64,000 nucleotides of DNA from a virus (taxonomy: Duplodnaviria; Heunggongvirae; Uroviricota; Caudoviricetes): IMG/VR virus record IMGVR_UViG_2737471993_000002. One strand, given 5' to 3'. The translations under genes and the position numbers were made by a program. The notes under the pieces are model-generated. The model was not told the origin of the DNA and ran no database searches. It saw only the letters and a list, made by a program, of their open reading frames with translations. Of this stretch, positions 38,561 to 47,568 are shown piece by piece. Each line of letters begins with the position of its first letter. The first letter of the stretch is position 1.

Positions 38561-39589
38561 ATGTCTAAGACATTACTTGATTTGCTTAACAAAACTCGTG
38601 AAGACATTGCCGCCAAACGTGGCAACAACGTTGATCTGACTCGCTTAAAAGACGGCGTCAACTATATCCGCATCTTCCCGAATAAAGACGACCCAAACGG
38701 TAAGTTCTTCCAGACTTTCGGTATGCACTACGTTAAGTATCAGAACGAGGAAGGTAAAGAAGCAACCAACGCTTATATTTGTGAGCAACATACTCACGGT
38801 CGCGCTTGTCAGCTATGCGAAATGGTTATGGAAGGTCGCGCTCGTCACAAGGGTAACAAAGCAATGGAAGAACGCATCGGTCAAATGCGTGCCACTCCTC
38901 GCTACCTGGTCAACGGCATTCTTTCTGCTCGTGAGGATTTCGCAGATGCTGAGAAATGCCAGTTAATCGAGCTGCCGTCTACTGTATTCGATGATATCTG
39001 CAAAGCAATCACCGAAGACATCGCTGATGATATCGGCAATCCACTGAGCAAAGAGGAAGGCTACGCATTCCTGATTAAACGTACTGGCTCTGGTCGCGAT
39101 ACCAAATATGACGTCTCGCCTAAGCGTAAAGTCTACAAAGGCGATATCGAAGATAAATTCTGGAACACCCAGCATGATCTGATCGCATACGCAAATCAGG
39201 CTGATGAAACTCGTCTTCTGTCGACAGTTCGCACTATGGGTCGTCTGATTGGCATCGCTGCACCAACTGCCGCAGCATCTGCACCAGCAATTTCCTCAAC
39301 CGCGAAAACATCGGCTGCGGCACTACCTGGATTTGGCTCTGTCACTGGTCATACAGAAGGAGCGACGGCTGTAGCAACCGCGCACACACCGGCTTCTGAA
39401 CCAACCAGTCTGGTTGATGAAGAAATCCTCCGTGCCGTTGAAACTGAATTTAAACCAGAGGCAAGTTCCGCTGCCGTTGCCGTATCAGTCAAAGAGTCTG
39501 AAGCAGTCGCAGCGACATCTGTAGCAACCGCATCTGCGACGGAAGATGAAGGTCTGGATGACCTACTGAGAGAGCTGGACTCTCTGTAA
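38561..39589 (+). CDS. Single-stranded DNA-binding protein (T4 gp32-like) with acidic C-terminal tail
   Basis: N-terminal basic region, IRIFPNKDDPNGKFF, zinc-ligand pattern C-x2-H-x4-C-x2-C (CEQHTHGRACQLC), Ala/Ser linker and acidic C-terminus EDEGLDDLLRELDSL. Confidence 0.6.
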   Translation: MSKTLLDLLNKTREDIAAKRGNNVDLTRLKDGVNYIRIFPNKDDPNGKFFQTFGMHYVKYQNEEGKEATNAYICEQHTHGRACQLCEMVMEGRARHKGNKAMEERIGQMRATPRYLVNGILSAREDFADAEKCQLIELPSTVFDDICKAITEDIADDIGNPLSKEEGYAFLIKRTGSGRDTKYDVSPKRKVYKGDIEDKFWNTQHDLIAYANQADETRLLSTVRTMGRLIGIAAPTAAASAPAISSTAKTSAAALPGFGSVTGHTEGATAVATAHTPASEPTSLVDEEILRAVETEFKPEASSAAVAVSVKESEAVAATSVATASATEDEGLDDLLRELDSL

Positions 39590-39605
39590 TCCCATTACGT
39601 GACCA

Positions 39606-39635
39606 GTAAGGCGTCTACGGACGCCTTACTTTTTG
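39606..39635 (+). terminator. Rho-independent terminator after SSB gene
   Basis: GTAAGGCGTC-TACG-GACGCCTTAC followed by TTTTT. Confidence 0.65.
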
Positions 39636-39649
39636 GAAGGAATGTACCG

Positions 39650-40594
39650 GTGAATTATCTCTTCGTAGATGGCAATAGCCTGGGTTATTACCATCAACAA
39701 TCTGACAAATTGCACAACGGCGAAATGGAAGTACAGGCTGCTTTCGGCTTTGTTAAGAACGTCCGTCGTTATGCCTCCATCCTCCATGCCCGACCTATGA
39801 TTCTTTGGGATGGATTTAGTGACAAGCGTCGCGACTTTTACCCGGACTACAAAGCAAATCGCGACGACGATCCTGATATGAAAAAGATGAAGGAAGGCTT
39901 TGCTATCCAGAAGCCATACATCCTCAAAATGATGACCGCGCTTGGAGTTACCCAACTCATTGCAAAAGATGCAGAAGCGGATGATCTGGCCGGGCTGCTG
40001 GTATCCCGCATGGCACCGCAGCCAACCGTTGAACACATCTATCTGTTAACAGGCGATAGCGACTGGCTTCAGTTAGTTCGTGAAAACGTAAGCTGGGTAA
40101 GCCTGCGTGAAGACGCCAAAAACAAGCAGGTTAATTTTGAGCAATTTGCGGAGCTGACAGGATTCGCCACGCCTCGCGCATTTTTGGAAGCAAAAGCATT
40201 ACAAGGCGATAACTCGGACAACATTAGCGGTGTTGGTGGCATTGGTGCTGGCGGTGCGAAAGAGCTGCTGCATGAATGGGGAAGTGTCGCAACGATGGTA
40301 CGCGGCATCAACGACGGCTCAATCGTGGTTAATAAAGGGCGTCATAAGACCGCCTTCAACAAACTAGCGAAGAATGCCTTCAACGAGAAAACAGGCTGTC
40401 GAATGCTCGAAGCGTTCAAGAGAAACATCACGCTAATGAACCTGATTGAGACGAAGTTTCCGCCTACCGAAATCGAAACAATCAAAGGCAATCGTGACGT
40501 GAAAGCATTCGAGCAACTGTGCTACGAGCTGAATTTCCGTTCGTTCCTTGAAGACCTTGAAGTGTTTGTTCTTCCATTCGAAAGGTATTTCTAA
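39650..40594 (+). CDS. 5'-3' exonuclease / flap endonuclease (FEN, RNase H-like)
   Basis: Start moved to in-frame GTG at 39650 because the track start lies inside the terminator hairpin. N-terminal LFVDGNSLGYY, acidic clusters, H3TH motif GDNSDNISGVGGIGAGGAKELL. Confidence 0.7.
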   Translation: MNYLFVDGNSLGYYHQQSDKLHNGEMEVQAAFGFVKNVRRYASILHARPMILWDGFSDKRRDFYPDYKANRDDDPDMKKMKEGFAIQKPYILKMMTALGVTQLIAKDAEADDLAGLLVSRMAPQPTVEHIYLLTGDSDWLQLVRENVSWVSLREDAKNKQVNFEQFAELTGFATPRAFLEAKALQGDNSDNISGVGGIGAGGAKELLHEWGSVATMVRGINDGSIVVNKGRHKTAFNKLAKNAFNEKTGCRMLEAFKRNITLMNLIETKFPPTEIETIKGNRDVKAFEQLCYELNFRSFLEDLEVFVLPFERYF

Positions 40595-40860
40595 TGCTTA
40601 AATCGATTATCAATGGCGCTACAACCACCCCTGCCCAACTGGCAAAAGAGATTGTCTTTTATCACGGTGAGTACGCTGTCATCGCACTGCCGTCAATTCT
40701 AGGCGCTGCCGGAATGAAAGCGACAGATCGCGAGTTTGGATTAGTCAGCGAGCAGGTCGTAAAAATCCTCGCTCGTGTATCCAGACTCCTTAACCACGAT
40801 GCGATTGTATTCGATGAATCCGCCGCTTTAAAACGAATCAACGAAACAAAAGGAGCCTGA
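40594..40860 (+). CDS. Hypothetical protein
   Basis: 88-aa ORF coupled to neighbours. Confidence 0.4.
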   Translation: MLKSIINGATTTPAQLAKEIVFYHGEYAVIALPSILGAAGMKATDREFGLVSEQVVKILARVSRLLNHDAIVFDESAALKRINETKGA

Positions 40861-40862
40861 TC

Positions 40863-41936
40863 ATGGCAAAAGGAAAATCCGCACTGGCACTTGCTCTGAA
40901 AAAGAAAATCGGTAGCAACGACGAAATTCAGAAAGTAACTCATTGGATTGATACAGGCTTTCCACCGTTAAACAAAGCTATTTCTGGTCGTTACGATGGC
41001 GGCTTCCCATGTGGTCGTATCGTCGAAGTATTCGGTCCTCCAAGTGCAGGGAAAACGTTCCTTGCAACAGCAGCGATGATCTCCGCTCAAAAACAAGATG
41101 GTCTGGCGGTATTCCTCGATCATGAAAACAGTTTTGACGTTGGCCTGGCTGTCGCCAATGGCCTGAACGCAGATGAGGATGACGGTCAGTGGGTATACAA
41201 GCAGCCAGATACCTTCGAAGACTCTGTAGAGTTGATCGGCACAATACTTAAATTGGTTCGTGATGAAGAGCTTATCCCCGAATCAGCACCAATCTGTATC
41301 GTGGCTGACTCTCTTGCGTCTATGGTTCCGAACTCCAAAGCCGAGAAGTTCGAAAAGATGGCTGAAGGCACTGCCAAAGACAAAGATCAGCTAAACATGA
41401 ACGACAATACGGCACTGGCTCGTGCGACGAGTGCGAACTTCCCTACTCTGGCTTTGTGGGCACGCAAATACAACGCCTGCATCATCTTCTTGAATCAGGT
41501 TCGCACAAAAATCGGTGTAATGTTTGGCGACCCTACTACGTCGCCAGGTGGAGATTCACCGAAGTTCTACGCTTCTGTACGTATCCGTCTTGGTGCATCG
41601 GTGATGAAGGATGGTAAAGAGAAGATCGGCCAGGACGTAGGCGCAGAATGCATCAAAAACAAAGTTGCACCACCGTATGGCAAATGCACCTGGAAATTCT
41701 ACTTCGATCCTACTCGTGGCCTCGACGTTATCGAATCGCTCGTCGAGTACATGCTGGAAGAAGGATACCTGCCAAAGAACGCCAGCGGGCGAGTTGAAAT
41801 TGGTGACAAGAAATACACCAAATCGCAGATCGTCGAGATGTATCGGGAGAAGCCACTGGCTGAAATCATTGCGGCTTTGCAGGCAATCGACGACCGAAGA
41901 GCAAAAGACAACCCCACCGAGTCAGTAGAAGAGTAA
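40863..41936 (+). CDS. RecA-like recombinase
   Basis: Walker A GPPSAGKT in RecA context (GRIVEVFGPPSAGKTFLATAAMISAQKQDGLAVFLDHENSFD), Walker B ICIVADSLASM; 357 aa. Confidence 0.8.
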   Translation: MAKGKSALALALKKKIGSNDEIQKVTHWIDTGFPPLNKAISGRYDGGFPCGRIVEVFGPPSAGKTFLATAAMISAQKQDGLAVFLDHENSFDVGLAVANGLNADEDDGQWVYKQPDTFEDSVELIGTILKLVRDEELIPESAPICIVADSLASMVPNSKAEKFEKMAEGTAKDKDQLNMNDNTALARATSANFPTLALWARKYNACIIFLNQVRTKIGVMFGDPTTSPGGDSPKFYASVRIRLGASVMKDGKEKIGQDVGAECIKNKVAPPYGKCTWKFYFDPTRGLDVIESLVEYMLEEGYLPKNASGRVEIGDKKYTKSQIVEMYREKPLAEIIAALQAIDDRRAKDNPTESVEE

Positions 41937-41941
41937 ACACA

Positions 41942-41966
41942 AGGCGTCCACAGGACGCCTTTTTTA
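41942..41966 (+). terminator. Rho-independent terminator
   Basis: AGGCGTCC-ACAG-GACGCCT followed by TTTTTT. Confidence 0.7.
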
Positions 41967-42028
41967 TCTCTTGAAAATATATAAGCACTTACTTATTATT
42001 TTCGCATAACAACCACATAGGAAAACAC

Positions 42029-42229
42029 ATGATCAAAATCTATCTATTGGCAGTAGCCACAGGCCTTTCAGTGGCTCTCATCTACGGTTTACTGGTTCCG
42101 TCGCTGATTTCTACCAAGAGTGATTTAGCCGTCATGTTTGGAGTTATCGTTGGTTTTGGTGCTCCTGTAATCGGTCTTATTGCTGGTCGTAAGTTTATCA
42201 ACTCATTAATCAAAGCAAAGGGGAAATAA
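42029..42229 (+). CDS. Small two-TM membrane protein
   Basis: 66 aa, two hydrophobic helices; directly upstream of SPFH lipoprotein gene. Confidence 0.5.
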   Translation: MIKIYLLAVATGLSVALIYGLLVPSLISTKSDLAVMFGVIVGFGAPVIGLIAGRKFINSLIKAKGK

Positions 42230-42232
42230 GTA

Positions 42233-43063
42233 ATGAAGAAAGGTTTACTTGCAGTTGCTCTGGCGGCTATTTGCACAATGGGTCTTACTGGCTGTGATCG
42301 CGTGGAGCCTGGATACGTTGGCATCAAAGTAAACAAATTAGGTGAAGACAAAGGGATTGGTGAAGTGGTTGGCGTTGGTCGCCAATGGACAGGTCTTAAC
42401 ACCGAACTTTACGTATTCCCGACCTTCAAACAAATGAAGACCTACGACGAGCCGTTCACATTCCAGATGAGTGACGGTACTGCTATTGGTCACAAAATTG
42501 GCGTTGCGTATCTGGTTAATCGTGACAAGGTAACGACGGTGTTCCAGACCTATCGCAAAGGCGTAGACGATATCACCGAATCAGATCTGCGTCAGAAAAT
42601 TGCCGACTCTCTAAACCGTTTGGCCAGCCGTATGACCACTGACTCATTTATCGACGGTGGTAAGGCACAATTGCTGGACAACGCACTGAAAGATATTCAG
42701 AAAGAGATGTCTCCGGTTGGTATTGAGGTACTGAGCCTGTCATGGGTTGGAAAGCCTGATTACCCAAAAACTGTCATTGAATCTATTAACGCCAAAGTAA
42801 CGGCTAACCAGCGTACTCTGCAACGTCAGCAGGAAGTTGAACAACGTAAAGCTGAGGCGAATATGCTACGTGAACAGGCTAATGGTGAAGCTGATGCTAT
42901 CCGTGCTCGTGCGCAAGCAGAAGCAGACGCCATTCGTCTGCGCGGTGAAGCTCTGCGTCAAAACCCGAACGTTATGGAACTGGAAGCCATCAATAAATGG
43001 AATGGCCAGTTACCGCAGTACATGACTCAAGGGGCTAACACTCCTTTCATTACAGTGAAATAA
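42233..43063 (+). CDS. SPFH/band-7 (prohibitin-like) lipoprotein
   Basis: Lipobox LTG-C signal; SPFH-like core followed by Ala/Glu/Arg-rich coiled coil (QRKAEANMLREQANGEADAIRARAQAEADAIRLRGEALRQ). Confidence 0.6.
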   Translation: MKKGLLAVALAAICTMGLTGCDRVEPGYVGIKVNKLGEDKGIGEVVGVGRQWTGLNTELYVFPTFKQMKTYDEPFTFQMSDGTAIGHKIGVAYLVNRDKVTTVFQTYRKGVDDITESDLRQKIADSLNRLASRMTTDSFIDGGKAQLLDNALKDIQKEMSPVGIEVLSLSWVGKPDYPKTVIESINAKVTANQRTLQRQQEVEQRKAEANMLREQANGEADAIRARAQAEADAIRLRGEALRQNPNVMELEAINKWNGQLPQYMTQGANTPFITVK

Positions 43064-43079
43064 CTCCCCTAAAAAGTTC

Positions 43080-43105
43080 AGGCGTCCAGTTGGACGCCTT
43101 TTTTA
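43080..43105 (+). terminator. Rho-independent terminator
   Basis: AGGCGTCC-AGTT-GGACGCCT followed by TTTTT. Confidence 0.7.
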
Positions 43106-43154
43106 TCGCAATTATCTTATTAAGAAAACAATTTGTTTAAAAGGATAAGAAAAC

Positions 43155-43580
43155 ATGACAGCTATTAAGAAACTCTACGATGCCGCAAACGTGGCTCTGG
43201 ATGTTATTGATGATGAAGCAGCAAAAGGCTTTCCTGAACCTGATTGGGCGCATCAGCTACGAAACGCTATCGCCGAAATGAATCCACCAGATCCGACCAC
43301 CGACGAGACAGACTGGCAGCGATTTATCCGTATGTACGCTCAGGAAATAGGTCCAACGCCAACGGCAGAGCAAGCAATGCTGCTGAAATACTTCAAAGAG
43401 GCGGGAGAGGATTTACCAATTGATGACTCAGCATATTGGTTCCACTGCGCATGGCGTAAGTATGACGTGATATTCACACAAGGCATGGGGAGCAAAGATA
43501 TGGTTGTGTGGCATCTACTCCATATAGACACAGCCGTTGACAGAGTTATTGAACAGTTTTTCCCTAAACAAGAAGATTGA
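43155..43580 (+). CDS. Hypothetical protein
   Basis: 141 aa; preceded by the AAACAATTTGTTTAAA palindrome (43122-43141). Confidence 0.5.
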   Translation: MTAIKKLYDAANVALDVIDDEAAKGFPEPDWAHQLRNAIAEMNPPDPTTDETDWQRFIRMYAQEIGPTPTAEQAMLLKYFKEAGEDLPIDDSAYWFHCAWRKYDVIFTQGMGSKDMVVWHLLHIDTAVDRVIEQFFPKQED

Positions 43581-43635
43581 TCGCCTATTCATAACTAACA
43601 AAATAAGTAAACACTAACCACAAAAGGAAAAACAC

Positions 43636-43911
43636 ATGAGAGTTTTAGTTCGAATCGTTACCAGCACTGTCTATGACGTGTTTCCGCTTTTTATGGTCAA
43701 AGCCGATGGCCTTAACGACGAAGAAACTGACGCGCTGATCCAGCGTATTCTCGTTGAATATACAGGTCATGACGCTGATTCAGTGATGGTTGATGATGAT
43801 GGTGTTTGTTGGCATAACGGCAACTGTTGGTACGTAGAAGAGACTCAACAAATCAGTGATGAAGATGCCGCACATCTTGAGCGTATTTTAAGCATCAGCA
43901 CTTTTGAGTGA
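43636..43911 (+). CDS. Hypothetical protein
   Basis: 91 aa; conserved AAAGGAAAAACACATG initiation context. Confidence 0.45.
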   Translation: MRVLVRIVTSTVYDVFPLFMVKADGLNDEETDALIQRILVEYTGHDADSVMVDDDGVCWHNGNCWYVEETQQISDEDAAHLERILSISTFE

Positions 43912-43950
43912 GTTTACAGTAAAATTTATATAAGTTAGTGTCTACCTATC

Positions 43951-44130
43951 ATGAAGATTTTTATTGAATACTTGTTACTCATCGTTTCAATAGCTTTTGT
44001 CATCGACTGCATTTTCACCGGTGTCATTCGTAAAGTCTTTTCCCCGGTGAACGACGTAGTCATAAACGCTTTGGCTATCGTGCTCGTATTTAATTCAGCA
44101 TTTGATGTAATCAAAGAGGTGGCAGCATGA
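43951..44130 (+). CDS. Small membrane protein (59 aa), not in ORF track
   Basis: ATG at 43951; two hydrophobic segments; stop overlaps next ATG (ATGA). Confidence 0.4.
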   Translation: MKIFIEYLLLIVSIAFVIDCIFTGVIRKVFSPVNDVVINALAIVLVFNSAFDVIKEVAA

Positions 44131-44462
44131 AGGCCATCCCATTCGCGCTGTTGTTCCTTTCTTCGATCGTTGTGGCCGACACCACTGTTTATCAGTGTGA
44201 AATGTCTGTAGCCGACGTTAAGAATGGCGCTCTTACCGACGTCATAAAAGCACCATATGGAGCGATGGTCGTAGACAGCGGCGACCAGTTCTATGTTGTG
44301 CGTGACGATCGAGTGTTGTCATCCCCATATCTCACAAATCGTAATGGCAAATTAACCGGCGTCGGAGAAGACCACTTCGTATACAACAAATACAAGGGCT
44401 TCTATGGTGTTCACGCTTCTCAGCAAAGCTACCTTTTCGATGACTGCAAGGAGGTTGGATAA
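44127..44462 (+). CDS. Secreted small protein
   Basis: Signal peptide MKAIPFALLFLSSIVVA; 111 aa. Confidence 0.5.
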   Translation: MKAIPFALLFLSSIVVADTTVYQCEMSVADVKNGALTDVIKAPYGAMVVDSGDQFYVVRDDRVLSSPYLTNRNGKLTGVGEDHFVYNKYKGFYGVHASQQSYLFDDCKEVG

Positions 44463-44674
44463 TGGCATTAACACTGGCAGGTCTGGAAATCGAGAAAACA
44501 AGCGGCTACTGGCGTGCTAAGGGTTTCAAGCAGCCTGGCATTCTTGAGCGTCTGGAACGTGAAGATGGGTATATCGTCCACCAGCGGCGTGAATGGCGTA
44601 TGTACGATCCAGAAACAGGAAAACTGACTACAAAAGCCGGAACACTTTGGGGTCTGTTAAAGAAAATACACTAA
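44462..44674 (+). CDS. Hypothetical small protein
   Basis: 70 aa, translationally coupled to upstream gene. Confidence 0.4.
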   Translation: MALTLAGLEIEKTSGYWRAKGFKQPGILERLEREDGYIVHQRREWRMYDPETGKLTTKAGTLWGLLKKIH

Positions 44675-44721
44675 ATGCAAACTGACTGCGGCACGTTCCG
44701 CAGTCATATTTCATAGTCGTC

Positions 44722-45254
44722 ACCGCTGACAGCATACACAATCAACTACCGCTGATAGCATATCGAGAGTCTATCTCACCGCTCACAGCATACTTTACTC
44801 GATTTTTTACCGCTGACAGCATACTTAAGACATTGCATGAATAATGTGTACCGGTATGGGTATAACCAGAACAAAATTACCGCTGGCAGCATACGAAGGT
44901 CTGACATATACCATTAATTACCGCTGATAGCATATCCAAACAAAAATTCCTCAATAAAACACCGCTGACAGCATACGTTCTATCAGGGAGCAGCAGGCAA
45001 TAAATGCCTTTCACTACAAGCAATCAGCGCAATAGCAATAGAATGTTAGTGAGCGCAAACCTATATGGAATGCACTCTTCGAGGTTAGTAACCACTGGGG
45101 AGGTATGACAGAGCATTGAGTGGTGATAGATGATTTACCGCCCACAGCATACGTTCATCTCACTATACCGCTGGTAGCATATATTTAACCGTTTACAGCA
45201 TACTTTTCAGAAAAATAGCCGCTGATAGCATACATTTCACCGCTGACAGCATAT
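44722..45254. repeat. Iteron array (12 copies of ~16-bp ACCGCTGACAGCATAC) downstream of repA
   Basis: Copies at ~44722, 44748, 44778, 44809, 44879, 44920, 44961, then 45137, 45167, 45188, 45218, 45239; minor variants (GATAGCATAT, CACAGCATAC). Two clusters separated by ~160 bp. Confidence 0.85.
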
Positions 45255-46348
45255 CAAAGCAGTTTGAGACTATTGGAAAGGATCTCAATCATCTTGATAT
45301 TTTCAGGCGTCAAATTCTGCGAAAGTTCGGTTATCTTGTTGATAATGTTCTGTTTGGCATCAATTTCCCCAGCTTTCTCATCTAGTTTTTTGGGTTCGAT
45401 GTCTTCAGGTTTTGGCGGTGCGACTTTGAGTTTTGGATTGCGGCTGTGAATCTGGATATAGATCGACCGCCCTCGCTTAATCTCGCTGTATTCGAGATAA
45501 CCCAAATCTTGGAGAGCTTTTAAGCCGTTGCGTATAGTCTGATTCTGCGAGCTGACATTCCTGCTACTCAAATTGAGTCGCGCACGCAATCGAGCAAGCG
45601 ATACCGGCGCAGGCTTGGTTGGAAGACTTTCGATGAAGGTGTACAGAGCCTGTGCTGTTTCTTTGCGTGGTAGCTTATTGATAACCTTTAACTGCAAAAG
45701 AACCTTATGGTCAAAGCGATATAGTTCGGCCAGCTTCGGTTCTGCATAGAACACCACCGTATCTTTCTGCTCGTTGTAGTCCACGCTATTGATGAGGTGC
45801 ACCATCAGAAGCGAGATCTTGTTAGAGCCGTCGACGTTCTTTTCTTCATACGTTCTCTGGAAAGACAGAGTTGTACGCATGATCTTCAAAAGACTGTTTG
45901 TAAGCCGGTCGCGGAGTGTTTTGCGGATCTGTGACGATGGATAGCCACAAAACTTCGCAAATTTCGTGATGCTTAACTCGACACGACCGTTAGGTTCGCC
46001 GTATTCTGCCAGCGAACGCACAACGCCCACCCACGTTTTGAAATCATGATCCATGTCGAGACGAGGACCGGTTATCTTGATATCGGAATAGCCTTCAGAA
46101 CGGGCTACTTCGAGCTGAACAAGCTCCTTTGAAGCATCGATCTCATTTGGCTTGTTACGCTTGCTGTATTTTGTCCCCTTGAGCGTGGGCACGAACAATC
46201 CCAGCCGCATCAACGCAATTGGTTGGACTGTATTGTTGCTATTAGGGACAAGTTCCCCTGTGTACAATTCAAGGGAACCTTCTTCAAAGTTGTCGAGATT
46301 ATCTTCTACTTCTTTGTTATTTTTACCTTTTTTATTTTTTGTGGACAT
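45254..46348 (-). CDS. repA: Plasmid replication initiator RepA (RepFIB / P1 RepA-like)
   Basis: Start at internal ATG 46348 with AAGGTG SD (the longer track ORF would run through the upstream iterons). Motifs NTVQPIALMRLGLFVPTLK, ITGPRLDMDHDFKTWVG, QALYTFIESLP, PVSLARLRARLNL recalled as RepFIB-type signatures. Confidence 0.85.
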   Translation of the reverse strand: MSTKNKKGKNNKEVEDNLDNFEEGSLELYTGELVPNSNNTVQPIALMRLGLFVPTLKGTKYSKRNKPNEIDASKELVQLEVARSEGYSDIKITGPRLDMDHDFKTWVGVVRSLAEYGEPNGRVELSITKFAKFCGYPSSQIRKTLRDRLTNSLLKIMRTTLSFQRTYEEKNVDGSNKISLLMVHLINSVDYNEQKDTVVFYAEPKLAELYRFDHKVLLQLKVINKLPRKETAQALYTFIESLPTKPAPVSLARLRARLNLSSRNVSSQNQTIRNGLKALQDLGYLEYSEIKRGRSIYIQIHSRNPKLKVAPPKPEDIEPKKLDEKAGEIDAKQNIINKITELSQNLTPENIKMIEILSNSLKLL

Positions 46349-46368
46349 GTGGACACCTTTGTCATTCA

Positions 46369-46470
46369 ACCGCTGACAGCATACTTGATTTGCCGCTGAC
46401 AGAATACCAAAAACAGTTGGCAGCATACGGTGAACCGCTGACAGACTATCAATTACCGCTGACAGCATAC
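46369..46470. repeat. Iteron array upstream of repA (origin-side, ~5 copies)
   Basis: ACCGCTGACAGCATAC-type repeats at ~46369, 46392, 46417 (partial), 46434, 46455. Confidence 0.8.
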
Positions 46471-46669
46471 ATGAACATGGCTTCAGACCAGTCGTGGCGC
46501 GGCTTACAGCGATCGGGGATCTTATTTGATCTATACAAGGATCTATCTATGGATCTCTTTATTAGGATCTATCCTGTGGATATGTGAATAATTAAAACAG
46601 GCATTTACTACCTTCGGCGCACCTGGTGGGTTATCGTTGCCTCGGCTAACAATCACAGAAAAATGACAT

Positions 46670-47314
46670 ATGGATCTAAAACGTACGCGCTGGGTTCGTC
46701 GTCTTGAAGACGGCTCCTACACTATCGAATCAAATTCCAACCTGAATAAGCAGAAGTTGCTTTGTGACATCTGCGGTATAGCGGCGAAGTGCCCGATCTA
46801 CGAAACCAGAATTAAACTTGATAAGGCTGGTGTGAATTTTCATTTAAACAGTTGCATCAGGTACGTTCCATTACTCGCATTTCGTAAACCGATCATCGGA
46901 TTGGATGCTCCCTACTTCAACACACTCCGTTCAGGTGTGACGTGGCGAGATCGTTTATCACCAGACAAGCTGATTTGCCTCGTATCCGCAGACACAGGGA
47001 AAATCATCCGTTTTGGGAAAGTAGACAAGGTTTACTCAGGCCCAGTAGACGAAATGTTGCGGAAACACAGCCGGTTTAATCATCTCTGTATGGGTGGTGA
47101 GAAAATCGAGAAAGTAGAAGAAGTGATCCGCAAATCCTACGGACACTTTCTGACCAAAGATAGCCTGCTCACCGCAATCTACATCAGACATGTAAAACGT
47201 GAGTTCGACCTCGAATACCACAGCGAAGAAGAGCTTAACCTTGTTGACCCACGTCCAAAAGCTGGCGTCATAAGCATAAACGCAGCGCGTAAAAAGCCCA
47301 CTGACGCGCTGTAA
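46670..47314 (+). CDS. Hypothetical protein
   Basis: 214-aa ORF. Confidence 0.5.
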   Translation: MDLKRTRWVRRLEDGSYTIESNSNLNKQKLLCDICGIAAKCPIYETRIKLDKAGVNFHLNSCIRYVPLLAFRKPIIGLDAPYFNTLRSGVTWRDRLSPDKLICLVSADTGKIIRFGKVDKVYSGPVDEMLRKHSRFNHLCMGGEKIEKVEEVIRKSYGHFLTKDSLLTAIYIRHVKREFDLEYHSEEELNLVDPRPKAGVISINAARKKPTDAL

Positions 47315-47432
47315 CCCTCCAGATCGTATATTGGCGTAGATAGAATCTACGCCCCCTCAAAATAGCTCTCATAGCGTTCTACAGTGATCCTGTCTTATTT
47401 TTAGTCATACAGACAAGCAAAGTTGCGCCACG

Positions 47433-47456
47433 ATAAATAGGTATATACTTACTTAT
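47433..47456. promoter_or_regulatory. Palindromic operator-like motif (ATAAATAGGTATATACTTACTTAT)
   Basis: Motif-family member upstream of the Mre11-like gene. Confidence 0.4.
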
Positions 47457-47568
47457 AAATTTTGTATATTAAGGCGCTCGTTTCATTCCTAACATACCGT
47501 TATGCATAGTTGTTTACCTCCTCATTGCTCTTAGAATTTGTATCAAAATAACCACAAAGGAAAAATAC

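Noticed and set aside
39599-39649. Track start of the flap endonuclease at 39599
   Set aside because: The codons overlap the rho-independent terminator of the SSB gene; the in-frame GTG at 39650 places the start just before the conserved LFVDGNSLG motif.
46349-46468. Longer RepA ORF starting at 46468
   Set aside because: The extension would read through the upstream iterons; an internal ATG at 46348 with an AAGGTG ribosome-binding site gives a RepA N-terminus (MSTKNKKGK...) of more typical length.
44722-46470. Possible CRISPR array (regularly repeated 16-bp units)
   Set aside because: Repeat units are only ~16 bp with irregular spacing (21-70 bp), flank a Rep initiator gene on both sides, and there are no cas genes; this is an iteron-type origin/copy-control array.
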